The notes below the pieces were generated by a model. It saw only the letters and a list, made by a program, of their open reading frames with translations, was not told where the DNA came from and searched no databases. Shown one piece after another: positions 43,161 through 53,499 of a DNA stretch of 64,000 nt. This stretch comes from a virus (lineage: Duplodnaviria > Caudoviricetes): IMG/VR virus record IMGVR_UViG_3300023174_003901, positions 96,001 through 160,000 of that record; one strand, given 5' to 3'. Within the stretch, counting starts at the first letter, position 1. Each line of letters starts with the position of its first letter. Made by a program: the position numbers and the translations under genes.

Positions 43161-43837
43161 TTGGCTTCTTCCACGTAGTCTGCACTAGAGTCTGGCTGCA
43201 CAGCCGGACGTCTGGCACGGTATAGATTCACTGCCATCTCGGCTTCATCTAATTCTTTGAAACTGGATGGCATGCTTCGAGTGCCATTGTGAATGGTAAA
43301 CCCTCTGCGTTGATCGCCGTGTATCTCTAGTACTGAACCATCTTCTAGCGGAATAGTCTTGACAGGTGAACTTGCAGGCTCAGGAATGGTACTAACTTGG
43401 CCTTGTCCTGGACGCATCTCATCTACTTCAACATCTTCTTCTTGACTGTCAGGATCTGTGGGATCATTGTCTTCAATGTCTCGAACTGCTTTGTCTTTGA
43501 GATCTTGATCTACTTTGACTTTGTCGGCCAACTGATCCAAATAGTGTGTTAGGTCTTTCTTGACCTTCGAAATCATGTCTTCTTCAATCTCGGACATGGT
43601 TTCTGCCAGGGGCATTTGCCCCACTTCTACATCATCACCAAACATGTAGCCAGCCGGGCTTGCTTTCCGATTGGCATCGCCGCCTAGTACAGGTCCTTGC
43701 TTGGGCATTTTGAACAGGGCCGGCATCTGTGGCACTGATTTCTGTTGTGCGTTCAAGCCTTTCTTGACTGTGGCGGGAGTTGTCTTTCCCTCAATCAAGT
43801 CCAAGCGTTGGAGGATGCTGTAGATATCGTCGCTCAT
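43157..43837 (-). CDS. acidic hypothetical protein
   Basis: Start MSDDIYSIL via ATGA overlap. Confidence 0.75.
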   Translation of the reverse strand: MSDDIYSILQRLDLIEGKTTPATVKKGLNAQQKSVPQMPALFKMPKQGPVLGGDANRKASPAGYMFGDDVEVGQMPLAETMSEIEEDMISKVKKDLTHYLDQLADKVKVDQDLKDKAVRDIEDNDPTDPDSQEEDVEVDEMRPGQGQVSTIPEPASSPVKTIPLEDGSVLEIHGDQRRGFTIHNGTRSMPSSFKELDEAEMAVNLYRARRPAVQPDSSADYVEEAK

Positions 43838-44274
43838 GCTCGTTCGACTTTCAAGTAACTGGTCAGTTGCCAACGATATTTGCCATGAGCACTGAGTCGT
43901 TCTGCAATGAAGTTAGCAATACCTTGTTCGTTGGCGTCATTGGCTTCTGCAAAGCAACGATTCAACAAATCCAACATCTGATCATTGTTGGCCTTGAGTT
44001 CTTCTAACATGAGTCGAGCACGGGGAATCTTTGTCTGCCCTGAGATCTCAGTGAGTTCGCTAAACCGCTCAAAACTTGCAGGCGAATATTCACCTAGGTA
44101 GCGGATGTATTCTGCTGTGGGATCAATGGCTGAGTAAGCATCTTCATATATCTCTTGAAAGAACCCGTGGAGTTCGCTGAAGTCTGGCCCTTCTACATTC
44201 CAGTGGAAGCCATGGGCTTTCAAGTAGTAAGCAAAATTAGTTGCTAATAGAATTTTTAAACTGTCCGCGAGCAT
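43834..44274 (-). CDS. dps: Dps / mini-ferritin
   Basis: YLKAHGFHWNVEGPDFSELH, HGKYRWQL. Confidence 0.92.
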   Translation of the reverse strand: MLADSLKILLATNFAYYLKAHGFHWNVEGPDFSELHGFFQEIYEDAYSAIDPTAEYIRYLGEYSPASFERFSELTEISGQTKIPRARLMLEELKANNDQMLDLLNRCFAEANDANEQGIANFIAERLSAHGKYRWQLTSYLKVERA

Positions 44275-44449
44275 TTTTGTTCCTTTTGTATTCCTGGGGC
44301 GTGTTAGGCGTCAGGTCCCTAGTATATTTACCACTTAACATTGATCCGCCTGATCTTGCGACCATGCCCAAGGGCTGTGCGATAGTGGCTATACTACCTG
44401 CACTTGAGGTGGCAGCAGACGAATTTTCCAGGATTTCACGTGCTCTCAT
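44237..44449 (-). CDS. small hypothetical late protein
   Basis: MRAREILE start type shared with neighbours. Confidence 0.65.
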   Translation of the reverse strand: MRAREILENSSAATSSAGSIATIAQPLGMVARSGGSMLSGKYTRDLTPNTPQEYKRNKNARGQFKNSISN

Positions 44450-44738
44450 GGGGATATATCCTTAACATAGTATTTTTTATTCTTGCACTGGGTGGGCCTG
44501 AATCCACACGCAGGTTTTTAACTGTTAATCGGGCTTGACTGGGTTCAACCAGTTCATAGCGTATGTCGTACTTGCCTGGCTCAGCATACACAGGAATCAA
44601 CTCTTCCAAATACTGTTCCTGCCAGATGTACGTGCGTTCCACAAACAGTTCGTTGCCCACAAATAATCTATACACAGGCGGCCGATCCTTCCAGTCACAG
44701 TAGACATCACACTTGATCATGACATGCTCGCGGCTCAT
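44436..44738 (-). CDS. hypothetical protein
   Basis: 100-aa ORF coupled to neighbours. Confidence 0.7.
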   Translation of the reverse strand: MSREHVMIKCDVYCDWKDRPPVYRLFVGNELFVERTYIWQEQYLEELIPVYAEPGKYDIRYELVEPSQARLTVKNLRVDSGPPSARIKNTMLRIYPHEST

Positions 44739-46255
44739 TATTCGCTCTTGTTGCCCCAGTTGGCAGCACCTTTTTTACGACACTGAACCAAGGCTCCGGA
44801 CGCATAGGCCGACGGCCATACTTTGTATCTGCTTTTTACTTTGTAATAACAAGCATCTTGTTTTTCATTTATCATCAACTCACTGAACATGGGGCCGCCA
44901 CAGTTGGGACAGTGTTGTTCCTGCACAGATTTATCCTTAAGGCCCTGCACCGCAGTTGTGCGTCGGGGATCAGGAGCAGGTGCAGTGTCGGCACTGGGCA
45001 AGAACTTGACTATTGATTGCTTGGTCAGTGGACCCAATACACCATCCACATCTAAATTGGCATTGAATTTTTTGTTCAGCATCTGTTGTATTCTGCGGAT
45101 TTCGTCTGAATTCTTTTGGCCTAGTGTTTCGTTAACAAATTCTTGTATGGTATCTTTTGCTACGTCTTGCTGACCTGGTAATGTATCAGAAACGGTTATC
45201 ATATTTTCAGGAACTATTTGTACGGGAACGCGGCCTTGGTAGCCTGCTACTTGATAGGCCAGGAACCGGTGATTGCCATCTATTACAAAAAGTTGTCCAT
45301 TATCGTTCCACACCAGCAAAGGTTTTAACACACCATTTTGTTTTAATTCTGGTAAAAGTTTGTTAGTTACCCAATCAGCAATTTTAGGATCTTTCATTGA
45401 TTTATGCTTTTCCCACATGCGCAATTTATTGAACGGTACCAAGGTAGACGGCAAACTTTTCTTGATGTTATCATCTATTGTGGCACCTCTATGATTGGTA
45501 TACACAATCACTGGTTTTTGTTCTGACCCTTCTGCTACATCTTCATTTTTCTTTTTGTTCTTTACACAGTTGGGATACCTTTTGCCAAACATGGTTTTCA
45601 TGCCTTCTTTGTGATAGCCTTTCCAGCAGGCTTCTTCTAAATCCACGCCCTCGTCAGTTTTCTTGTTGGCATTGATGTAGGCACGATACACCGCGGCTGC
45701 TGATGCCTTGCCGGCTGCCCGGGCACGTTGTTCCATGGCCACTGCGGCCTGTATCTTGTGTGCATGGCTCCGACCACTGTTGCGTATCTTTGCAACACTG
45801 GCACGTGCGTCTTCAACTGTGGCAAACTTCAAGCCAGTTATGGTGCCTCGAGGATTCTCATCTGTGTATAAATCACTATGTTTCTTTGAATCAGCAGGTT
45901 GCCCTGGTTTCCTAGCAATTCGTGGGCTTTCCGTCACAGGCCGTTGCCAGGCACGGGCCGGAACGTTAAGTGTTTTTTCCAAATGTTTTAGTGAAGCATT
46001 TGTCAACAAGTCTGTGCTGTCTCTACCGGGTTGATAATACCACTTGCCACTTTTGGTTTGTCTTAGCCCCATAATCTTTAAATCAAGATGGTTGAAACTG
46101 CGGCCACCTCGAGCCACATCAAAGAAGTAGAGTGTGTCAGCAGGGTTGGTCACTGATTCTGTCTTGGGCTTTTTGCCGGCCTTTCGCATGGCAATGGCAA
46201 TAGCGGCCTGCTGTGCAGGGTTGGCTGCTTCTGAGAAGAAATCACCGAGTATCAT
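44738..46255 (-). CDS. modular late protein with ParB-like and peptidoglycan-binding-like modules
   Basis: PLLV...VIDGNHRF; LDVDGVLGPLTKQSI; EDVAEG and QQDVAK linkers. Confidence 0.75.
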   Translation of the reverse strand: MILGDFFSEAANPAQQAAIAIAMRKAGKKPKTESVTNPADTLYFFDVARGGRSFNHLDLKIMGLRQTKSGKWYYQPGRDSTDLLTNASLKHLEKTLNVPARAWQRPVTESPRIARKPGQPADSKKHSDLYTDENPRGTITGLKFATVEDARASVAKIRNSGRSHAHKIQAAVAMEQRARAAGKASAAAVYRAYINANKKTDEGVDLEEACWKGYHKEGMKTMFGKRYPNCVKNKKKNEDVAEGSEQKPVIVYTNHRGATIDDNIKKSLPSTLVPFNKLRMWEKHKSMKDPKIADWVTNKLLPELKQNGVLKPLLVWNDNGQLFVIDGNHRFLAYQVAGYQGRVPVQIVPENMITVSDTLPGQQDVAKDTIQEFVNETLGQKNSDEIRRIQQMLNKKFNANLDVDGVLGPLTKQSIVKFLPSADTAPAPDPRRTTAVQGLKDKSVQEQHCPNCGGPMFSELMINEKQDACYYKVKSRYKVWPSAYASGALVQCRKKGAANWGNKSE

Positions 46256-46518
46256 GATTTTTTCCTCTTTGTAGACACATTGATGGCTGGGCCTGAGCGT
46301 TCAGGATTGGGATCTTGTTTGCGTTTGCGGCTAGCGGCACTTGCACGACCTTTCTTGCCCAGTGAGTGTGCCTTGGAGGCAGGCAAGCACTTGGGTTTGC
46401 CTTCAGAATCTGATCCTCTGGCACAATCGCCGCGGATTTTACCATCAGGACCAAATCGTACCCATTTGTCTTTAAACCACTTGCGTAGGTTTTCGTTCAT
46501 GAATTCATCGGCTCTCAT
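46252..46518 (-). CDS. small basic Cys-containing protein (DUF5872-like)
   Basis: LRKWFKDKWV, CARG, GKPKCLP; TAAGTA 5 nt before ATG. Confidence 0.65.
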   Translation of the reverse strand: MRADEFMNENLRKWFKDKWVRFGPDGKIRGDCARGSDSEGKPKCLPASKAHSLGKKGRASAASRKRKQDPNPERSGPAINVSTKRKKS

Positions 46519-46542
46519 ATGTTTACTTAGCCCTGTCGGCTT

Positions 46543-47013
46543 TTACCTTATTCTGTGCAGTAGATAAACTGTGGTGTTGGCCATGTCACTGCGATCCAAT
46601 CTATAACCCCAGGCCTGAGCATAGCGTTGCACCAGGCGATCATAGAGATTGCTTCGGCTCATGGGTTTCTGTCCAGGCTCAACATCTTTGTCGGCTGTGA
46701 AACGCAGGGTTTCAGGCTGTTCCATTTCTATGAATTGACCAATAGCGGTCAACACTGTGGCAAACACTCGCTGAGCATCACCGGCTCCGGAAATGTCCAG
46801 GCGATTGTCGCGCCAAAATTCAACTACCCAATCTTCATTGTCGGCCACATCAGAATCAGTATAGAAATTGATTGTGAGATTGGTGCCATCTGGCAGTCGT
46901 GCTAAGGCATCATATCTAGGATCCTGTTCAGCACCGGGCTCGTCCTGATTGTTGTCCCAGTGAAATGCATAGGGTTGGTCAAATGCTTCTAAGATAATAT
47001 CTGTGACCCTCAT
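46543..47013 (-). CDS. hypothetical late protein
   Basis: MRVTDIILEA start type; 156 aa. Confidence 0.75.
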   Translation of the reverse strand: MRVTDIILEAFDQPYAFHWDNNQDEPGAEQDPRYDALARLPDGTNLTINFYTDSDVADNEDWVVEFWRDNRLDISGAGDAQRVFATVLTAIGQFIEMEQPETLRFTADKDVEPGQKPMSRSNLYDRLVQRYAQAWGYRLDRSDMANTTVYLLHRIR

Positions 47014-48452
47014 TTTTTCTTTGCCTTTGCTCTACCAGCCTTCATATTGGCCAACCAGTGTGCCATGCGTTGCTTTTCACCTGAACTATTTTTAGCAGTT
47101 TTTCTCAGACTGCTTACTGATGCCTTGGTGTTCACACCTGAACGCTTGGCAAGTCCTTTGCGGCCAGGATTCTTGCCATCAGCAAAGTTTTCTGCTACAC
47201 CTTGCTTGGGAATCAACAATTCAGGCATACGATACTCACTGACATCTACTGGATATGGCTGTAGTGATGCTTTGTATAATTCGGCATACTGTTGTTTTTC
47301 TTCGGATGTCTTGGCTCTGTAAAACTTGTTGGCAATGGCCATGTCGCCCACCAAAGTTCCTGGTGGAATTGAAATCTTTTTTGGACCATAGTATTTTAAT
47401 TTGTCAGAATCTTTGTTGGTCAAACTGTAAAAGGTTGATTCCCATTTGTCCGGGTGCAAGGCATATTGTGCTGTTGTTCTTTCTGGCACAAACTCTGCAA
47501 GTGTATCTGCACCAGGATGAAATTTACCTAACTTGGATAAACTTATAGCAGTATCATTGCTTTCGCCTTCCGCAACAACCGGTTTGACAGGAACATAGGC
47601 AGGCACACTGGTCATGCCTGCTTCTACCGCGGCTACAGCACGATGGTTGCCATCAATGATCCAACCCTGTGAATCAACCACAATGGGCATACTTTTTAAC
47701 ACTGATCCAATCCGTGGTATCAATTCTTGAACTTTGTCATTGTCCACCCAGTTCACACGATTGTAAGGATCCGGTTCTTCGCCATCAGGATCCAAGTTCA
47801 GTTGTGACAAGGGAATACTCTTTAATTCCCACTCAGGATGATCAGTTATGCTGTATTCAATGTCAAATGCTTCTGGAGCATGAGCACGTTTGACATAATC
47901 AAGCACTTGGTCGGCCGCCATGGATTCTGTTATGCCTGGCCTGCTTTGTGCCACGGCCACATAGGCAGGACCAACGTAGCCATCAGGATACCGGGCAAAG
48001 TGTTGTATGGTTCTATGCCAACCTTCCAACAGTTCATAACCGTTGCCAAATTTAATTAATATTGCAGGTTCTCGACTCACACCGCCCTGTTGTATCAATG
48101 CCGCTTGTGTGGCATGTCTTTCAGCATCTTTGGGTATGCCCATACCCATGTCACTGGTGCCGCCTGCACGACCAATTAACTTTCGTTTGCTCTTCGGCTC
48201 AAACATGTCCATGGTAAACTTCATGTTGGGTACAAGTTGCCAAGGGTTGACATTAGGACTTAGTCCTGCATCTGCGATCATTTCGATAATTTCATCTTTG
48301 ACTGCTCTACTATCAGTGGTGTAATTTTTATTTTTACCGCGACCTTTGTACAACCAGTCTTGCACAACATATTCTGGCCATGTGGGAACAATGCTTCGGA
48401 TGTATTGATACATCCTGTCTCTGAGTTCTATTAAAAATTCACTTGCTCTCAT
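47010..48452 (-). CDS. modular late protein with two ParB-like modules
   Basis: ELLEGWHR and PIVVDSQGWIIDGNHR; PGITE, VVAEG, QGVAE linkers. Confidence 0.75.
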   Translation of the reverse strand: MRASEFLIELRDRMYQYIRSIVPTWPEYVVQDWLYKGRGKNKNYTTDSRAVKDEIIEMIADAGLSPNVNPWQLVPNMKFTMDMFEPKSKRKLIGRAGGTSDMGMGIPKDAERHATQAALIQQGGVSREPAILIKFGNGYELLEGWHRTIQHFARYPDGYVGPAYVAVAQSRPGITESMAADQVLDYVKRAHAPEAFDIEYSITDHPEWELKSIPLSQLNLDPDGEEPDPYNRVNWVDNDKVQELIPRIGSVLKSMPIVVDSQGWIIDGNHRAVAAVEAGMTSVPAYVPVKPVVAEGESNDTAISLSKLGKFHPGADTLAEFVPERTTAQYALHPDKWESTFYSLTNKDSDKLKYYGPKKISIPPGTLVGDMAIANKFYRAKTSEEKQQYAELYKASLQPYPVDVSEYRMPELLIPKQGVAENFADGKNPGRKGLAKRSGVNTKASVSSLRKTAKNSSGEKQRMAHWLANMKAGRAKAKKK

Positions 48453-51400
48453 ATCATCACCGGCAACACTTCAATATCTGCACCTGGTGCAGGGGATAAC
48501 GATCCTTGACGACGTTGATCCTGCAACCAAGTTTGTGCAATGCGATTGGCATCTGCTTGATTGTTGCCTACACCACGGAAGCGCCATACTTCTTCGCCAT
48601 CAATCATGACTCGCCACTGTCCACTAAAACTATTGCCAGGCGGTGCCGAACTGGCCTGATCTGTGGTGCCAAACAAGTCTCTGAATGAGTAATCCGTGTT
48701 GCGGCCATTGGTACGGTCCGGGAAGTTCTGTGCCACATCCATGGGAACTTCGGGAATTTCCTGCTGTGCCGCAACTGGATTGAATATCACCTGCAGACTC
48801 AGTTGACGGGCATCAACACCATGTCTGCGGGCTGTGTCGTCTCGTACCGCCAGGGCCTGATCCTGACTGGCACCACGTACGGTGTTGAGTGTCTCGTCAG
48901 TCTCACGATCCACTATGCGCCAGTCACGTGGAATTTGAGAAGGTTGAGGTCTGATCTCTTGGAATCCGTAGTCTTCAGTAGTTGTGGGCAGGCCAGCGGC
49001 TGCCAGCCACTCTCCATAAATTCTGTTGGCATCTCTGCGATCGTCAGCACGGAATCTAAACACAGGGTTAGTATTGAACCGATCCACAACTGCATAGTTG
49101 GCGTTGGTTGATTGACTTGGCAAGCCCAGGCGGTTCTCCATGTCGGTCTGTGTGCCTACGTTGGCCCCACTGCCTGTACCTCTAGTTCTCACACCGTAGA
49201 GATCGTGCCGTCCAGTGGAAATAAGTGCCATGGCTTGACGTTGTGCCGCGCCACGATCAGTTATGGGTTGTCCGCCCTGAAGAAGATTAACCGTACTGTT
49301 GCCAGTTTGTCTGTTGTAAACTTCCCAAGGCCCAGGTCCGGTAGGCCGCAAAGGGTTGGACGCGGCGTCTTGATCGGTATTACCGCTGCCATCCACAGGT
49401 CTAGCACCAAACAACAAGCGAGCATCTACTGTGCCTATGCCGTGGGGACCAAAATTGATATAATCATCTAATCTTGTGTTTACATCTGATTGATTGCGAG
49501 CAGAGAATTCAGTGTCGGGGACGGCCTCACCAGTGCGTCTATCGAACAGTTCATAGGTTCCTGTGCCGGTCTGTGGTGCGCCAGGTTTGTCTGGTTGTTC
49601 ATCGTAGGGCCGTAAAACTTCAGCATCCATTTGAGCCAGAGTGTTGACCAAGAGTGGTTCGCCCCATTCTTTTGCAGCCTTCTGTTTGGCTTCTTCTTCT
49701 GAGGTAGCAACCACTTCCACTGTGTAACTATATTGGCCAGCATTCTTGCCGTATTTGTAAACTTTCCACCACATTTTTTGGCCGTCAGTCTTGCCACGTT
49801 TGATATTGCGTTGTAACTGTGCCTGTTTGATAAAACTACGCAGGGCCGCTTTGGGAATCTTGCCGGCCACATAGTCACTAAAGTACTTGATGGTGTCGTC
49901 ATCTCGGTTGTTTTCAGTCAACATTTTGTAGAGTTTGGTCAGGTACTCTTGACGATACATTTCAGGATTTAGTGCCGCACTCATGGCCACAGTAAATCTC
50001 AACAGAGTGTTTTCAATCTTGTCAAAATTTTCGTCCAACCAGTCGCCACCGGGTGAGCGGAATTCAATGTGTCCATCCTTGGTGTTGATTGATGTATACT
50101 TGCTGGTGATGCCTGAGTGTATGGCCTTGCTGGCCAACTGATCCAAGTTGCCCTTCATCTTGTCCAACAACTGGGCGGCATTGTCAGGATTGTCACGCAC
50201 AGCCCGTTTCACAATGTCCAGTGCTGATTTGGCATAGGTGTTGCCACTACGACCAAATGCATCCAGCACATATTTGTCACCCATGAGCAGGGCCAGTTTA
50301 ACAAAGTCCAAGTTTTCTCTACTGTAGTCCGGCACAGAGATATTGATGTGCAGGCCAGTTGAATCATTGGTGTAACAACCATACTCCTTGGCCCAGCGTT
50401 TGACTTTGTTCAAGTCGCTGAGTATTTCATCAATAGGCAAGGGTGGACTCACAAACTCCAGGCCTTGATCGTTGGGATCATCTGGTTCCAGGCTGCCATC
50501 TGGTTCCACCACATATCGTATTTGAGTTGGGCTGGGACGGATTGTACTGCCTGAGTGATAGTTGCCACTGGCTCTGACATCGCGACCAATGGCATTTTCA
50601 AACTCTTGTGCCACATCTTCAATGCTGGCTTCGCCACCGCTTTGGGGGTCGCTCCAGTGCGGCCAACTCATGCTGTAGGCATTTTCAATTTCGCTCATGT
50701 TACTTAGATCTGCACCATCCAACCAGTCGCTTTCGTCATAACTTTCTTGATTTTCTTCGCGGAACTCTTCGTAGGCTGTTTGATATTGATCACTCACAGG
50801 ATCAGCATGAACATTGGCAGCATATTCTTCCAGGGCTTCTGTGCGTTCCAGGTCAGATTTTTCCTCTGGATTCCACTCTGACTCGTCTACGTTTTCTTTA
50901 ACCCATTGATATATGTATTCCTCACCCCCACTGTCCCAGTCGTCGGAGATCTTTTGATCCAACCATTCTGTATAGTCGTTCCGCATGCTGTCACGCATCT
51001 CATCGCAACTGCGGCGACTGTTCCAGTCACCATCATAGAAAAAGTCATATGCATCCTGTATGCTACGGCAACGTTGGTCGTAGTCGTAGTCGGGTTCCTG
51101 GTCGGCATCACCGCTGCCGCCTTCAACATTGGGCACAATCATTTCAAATTCCATACCGGCTATGGCGCCGGTCTTGGCAGCCTCTCGACGCAGGTTCTTT
51201 GAACCCATATTGATTTCAAACAGGTCTTGTTGTTTGAATTGAGCCAGTTCCTCTGCTAAACTTTCGTTTAGTTTGGCGGTCAACAATGCAGGACGACCTT
51301 GAGCGTCTGTTTGTAGTCCTAGTTTGTTGGCTTCTTTGCCCACAGCACCTGGTCGAACGTCTCGAGTCAAGGCCATGATAAAGCGTGGATCACGGGCCTG

Positions 51401-52546
51401 TTTCTTTGTGGGAATGTATCCTGAGGCTTCCTCCAATGGCACATGGGCAAACATCTCAGGATGTTTCTCTGCCCAGTGACGCATGATGCGACCTGCCATG
51501 GCATTGGCTTCATCTTCATAGGGACTGCCTGTCTCTCCGGCATTGTCGGGTAGTTTTTGTTTCTCTGCTTGCTTGCGATGTGTAAACTCATGGGCCATGG
51601 TTCGCAGGATGTCTAGAGTGTGGCGGCCTGCTGTGGCCAAGTGTAGCACATTGTTTTCGGGCTCATATTGACCAAACGATCCTGTCTGTTCACTCCAGTC
51701 TGTGCTGGTATGCAATTCAATACGGGGTGATTTCTTGATACCCAGGTACTCTATACAACTCTGTGCAAACTGATTGATAGTGTCTTGTAGTCCATCTTCA
51801 GACTCTGTGGTAAAGCCATAAGTCACATGTGGCTTGGCACGTTCATCAATACTGAGTTCTTGGTCCTTGGCAGCATTTCTGGCATCTACTAACTTTTGAA
51901 TATAACCTTGTGTGCGCAACATCTTGAATGCAAGATTCTCAGGACCAAACTCGCCATGCTCATCAAGACCGCTTTGGCGTAGTTGTCGAATCTTGGCCAT
52001 CAAATCAGCCATGACCGCATGGTCTTGAGTCTTGATAGCATCTTGGATGCGTTGTTTTAAATCTTGATACTTGCTACGAGTGTTTTGATCCACAACATCA
52101 GCACGTTGACGACGTGGTACTTGAATCCAGTCGTTGCGGAGCAAACTGTATTCACCTTGTGTCACATGTGGTTGGTCTACATCTTGCACATACAGTTCAA
52201 CATCATAGCCGCCAATCTTGATGTTGTGCTGATTGTTATATGCGTACTTTTTGGCATCAAACAATTCACGATATACCTCATCATTGGGTATGTCAACCAC
52301 AAGGTGCAGGTCTATGTCTGAATTGGGGGTATATGTGTAAGCGGCGTTTGATCCGCTGAGTGTGATGTCTTTTAGATCGAGATCTTTCACGCCCAGTGTT
52401 GCACGAAAATCATCTGCAATTTTCATCAGTGCGTCACGCACTTGGGGCTTCAAATGCTCGTCCTGGCCCCATATTCGGGGGTTTAGACGAGCATTGAATT
52501 TTACAGCGTCGGAAAGTTTATAGCGGTCTAACTCATGGAGATTCAT
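48449..52546 (-). CDS. large fusion: pol-beta-like nucleotidyltransferase + HExxH + amidoligase + C-terminal repeats
   Basis: GSNA..SDIDLH..DVELY; AHEFTH; GMEFE, EPDGSL, GLEFVSPP, STGLHINIS, IEFRSPGG; W/YxxxDR repeats. Confidence 0.8.
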   Translation of the reverse strand: MNLHELDRYKLSDAVKFNARLNPRIWGQDEHLKPQVRDALMKIADDFRATLGVKDLDLKDITLSGSNAAYTYTPNSDIDLHLVVDIPNDEVYRELFDAKKYAYNNQHNIKIGGYDVELYVQDVDQPHVTQGEYSLLRNDWIQVPRRQRADVVDQNTRSKYQDLKQRIQDAIKTQDHAVMADLMAKIRQLRQSGLDEHGEFGPENLAFKMLRTQGYIQKLVDARNAAKDQELSIDERAKPHVTYGFTTESEDGLQDTINQFAQSCIEYLGIKKSPRIELHTSTDWSEQTGSFGQYEPENNVLHLATAGRHTLDILRTMAHEFTHRKQAEKQKLPDNAGETGSPYEDEANAMAGRIMRHWAEKHPEMFAHVPLEEASGYIPTKKQARDPRFIMALTRDVRPGAVGKEANKLGLQTDAQGRPALLTAKLNESLAEELAQFKQQDLFEINMGSKNLRREAAKTGAIAGMEFEMIVPNVEGGSGDADQEPDYDYDQRCRSIQDAYDFFYDGDWNSRRSCDEMRDSMRNDYTEWLDQKISDDWDSGGEEYIYQWVKENVDESEWNPEEKSDLERTEALEEYAANVHADPVSDQYQTAYEEFREENQESYDESDWLDGADLSNMSEIENAYSMSWPHWSDPQSGGEASIEDVAQEFENAIGRDVRASGNYHSGSTIRPSPTQIRYVVEPDGSLEPDDPNDQGLEFVSPPLPIDEILSDLNKVKRWAKEYGCYTNDSTGLHINISVPDYSRENLDFVKLALLMGDKYVLDAFGRSGNTYAKSALDIVKRAVRDNPDNAAQLLDKMKGNLDQLASKAIHSGITSKYTSINTKDGHIEFRSPGGDWLDENFDKIENTLLRFTVAMSAALNPEMYRQEYLTKLYKMLTENNRDDDTIKYFSDYVAGKIPKAALRSFIKQAQLQRNIKRGKTDGQKMWWKVYKYGKNAGQYSYTVEVVATSEEEAKQKAAKEWGEPLLVNTLAQMDAEVLRPYDEQPDKPGAPQTGTGTYELFDRRTGEAVPDTEFSARNQSDVNTRLDDYINFGPHGIGTVDARLLFGARPVDGSGNTDQDAASNPLRPTGPGPWEVYNRQTGNSTVNLLQGGQPITDRGAAQRQAMALISTGRHDLYGVRTRGTGSGANVGTQTDMENRLGLPSQSTNANYAVVDRFNTNPVFRFRADDRRDANRIYGEWLAAAGLPTTTEDYGFQEIRPQPSQIPRDWRIVDRETDETLNTVRGASQDQALAVRDDTARRHGVDARQLSLQVIFNPVAAQQEIPEVPMDVAQNFPDRTNGRNTDYSFRDLFGTTDQASSAPPGNSFSGQWRVMIDGEEVWRFRGVGNNQADANRIAQTWLQDQRRQGSLSPAPGADIEVLPVMI

Positions 52547-52560
52547 GAGTGTATTTACCG

Positions 52561-53499
52561 TTAAGCGGCTTTGGTGGCCTTGACTTTCTTATCTGCCTTT
52601 TTATCTACTTTTTTGCTGGTTGCAATCACTTTTGCTTCCACAGGCACCGCAGTTGTTTGTGCGGCAGCGGCAGCAATCTGATTGTTCACAGCAATTTCAT
52701 GCAGGTCTTGATACAGTTTGTCCTGTGTTTGATAGTCAAACACATAGGTACCTGTATGTCGGAGCAACACACGGCGATCAATCCAGACTTGGCCACCCAG
52801 GTCACGCCAGTTTTCACAGAATGTCCAGTCTTCTGAGTAGTAACGATTTTCACGCACTGCTGTGTCAAAGTAGGTTTTCATGTAAGGGTTAAGAACAGGG
52901 TCCAGACCAATATCATTGGTAAATGGCTTCACAGCAGGGTGTGCATTGAGTTTCTCAAACACTTCACGCTTCATGAGCAAGAAGCCCGTGCCGGTCTTGG
53001 TAACTTCAACCAAGCCTGATGGATCATCTTGTGGTGTGCCAGGAATGCCGTTCACGCACCATTTCACTGGCAACGACTTCATTGGATACAATCCGCCTAC
53101 CACATCCTTTTGATGGTTCAACATGGCCAACAAGTGCCAGGGCTCCCAACCAATGTCAGCGTCAATAAACATCAAGTGTGTGGATTCTTTTGTGTGCAAG
53201 AACTTGGCAGTGAGTGTGTTACGTGCGCGGCTAATAAGTGATTCATTAGTCATGGTTTCTACTGTCCAATCAATGCCCAGTTGACGAGCAGTGTTAGCCC
53301 ACTTGATATAACTCATGAATGTTGATTCAGTCAGCATACCACCATAACATGGCATGCAAATATGCACTCGTGTGGTTTTCAAATAATCAAGATTTACTTG
53401 AATTTGGTTCTGTGGTTGTCCATTTGGAGTTTCCTGCGGTGCCAATGGCACGTCTGAAGGCAGTGTGGCTGGGGGTGTGGTTCCGGTTTGGGTTATCAT
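52561..53499 (-). CDS. GT-A fold glycosyltransferase-like protein
   Basis: HICMPCYGG, ISRARN, MFIDADIGW, GTGFLL, SEDWTFC. Confidence 0.75.
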   Translation of the reverse strand: MITQTGTTPPATLPSDVPLAPQETPNGQPQNQIQVNLDYLKTTRVHICMPCYGGMLTESTFMSYIKWANTARQLGIDWTVETMTNESLISRARNTLTAKFLHTKESTHLMFIDADIGWEPWHLLAMLNHQKDVVGGLYPMKSLPVKWCVNGIPGTPQDDPSGLVEVTKTGTGFLLMKREVFEKLNAHPAVKPFTNDIGLDPVLNPYMKTYFDTAVRENRYYSEDWTFCENWRDLGGQVWIDRRVLLRHTGTYVFDYQTQDKLYQDLHEIAVNNQIAAAAAQTTAVPVEAKVIATSKKVDKKADKKVKATKAA

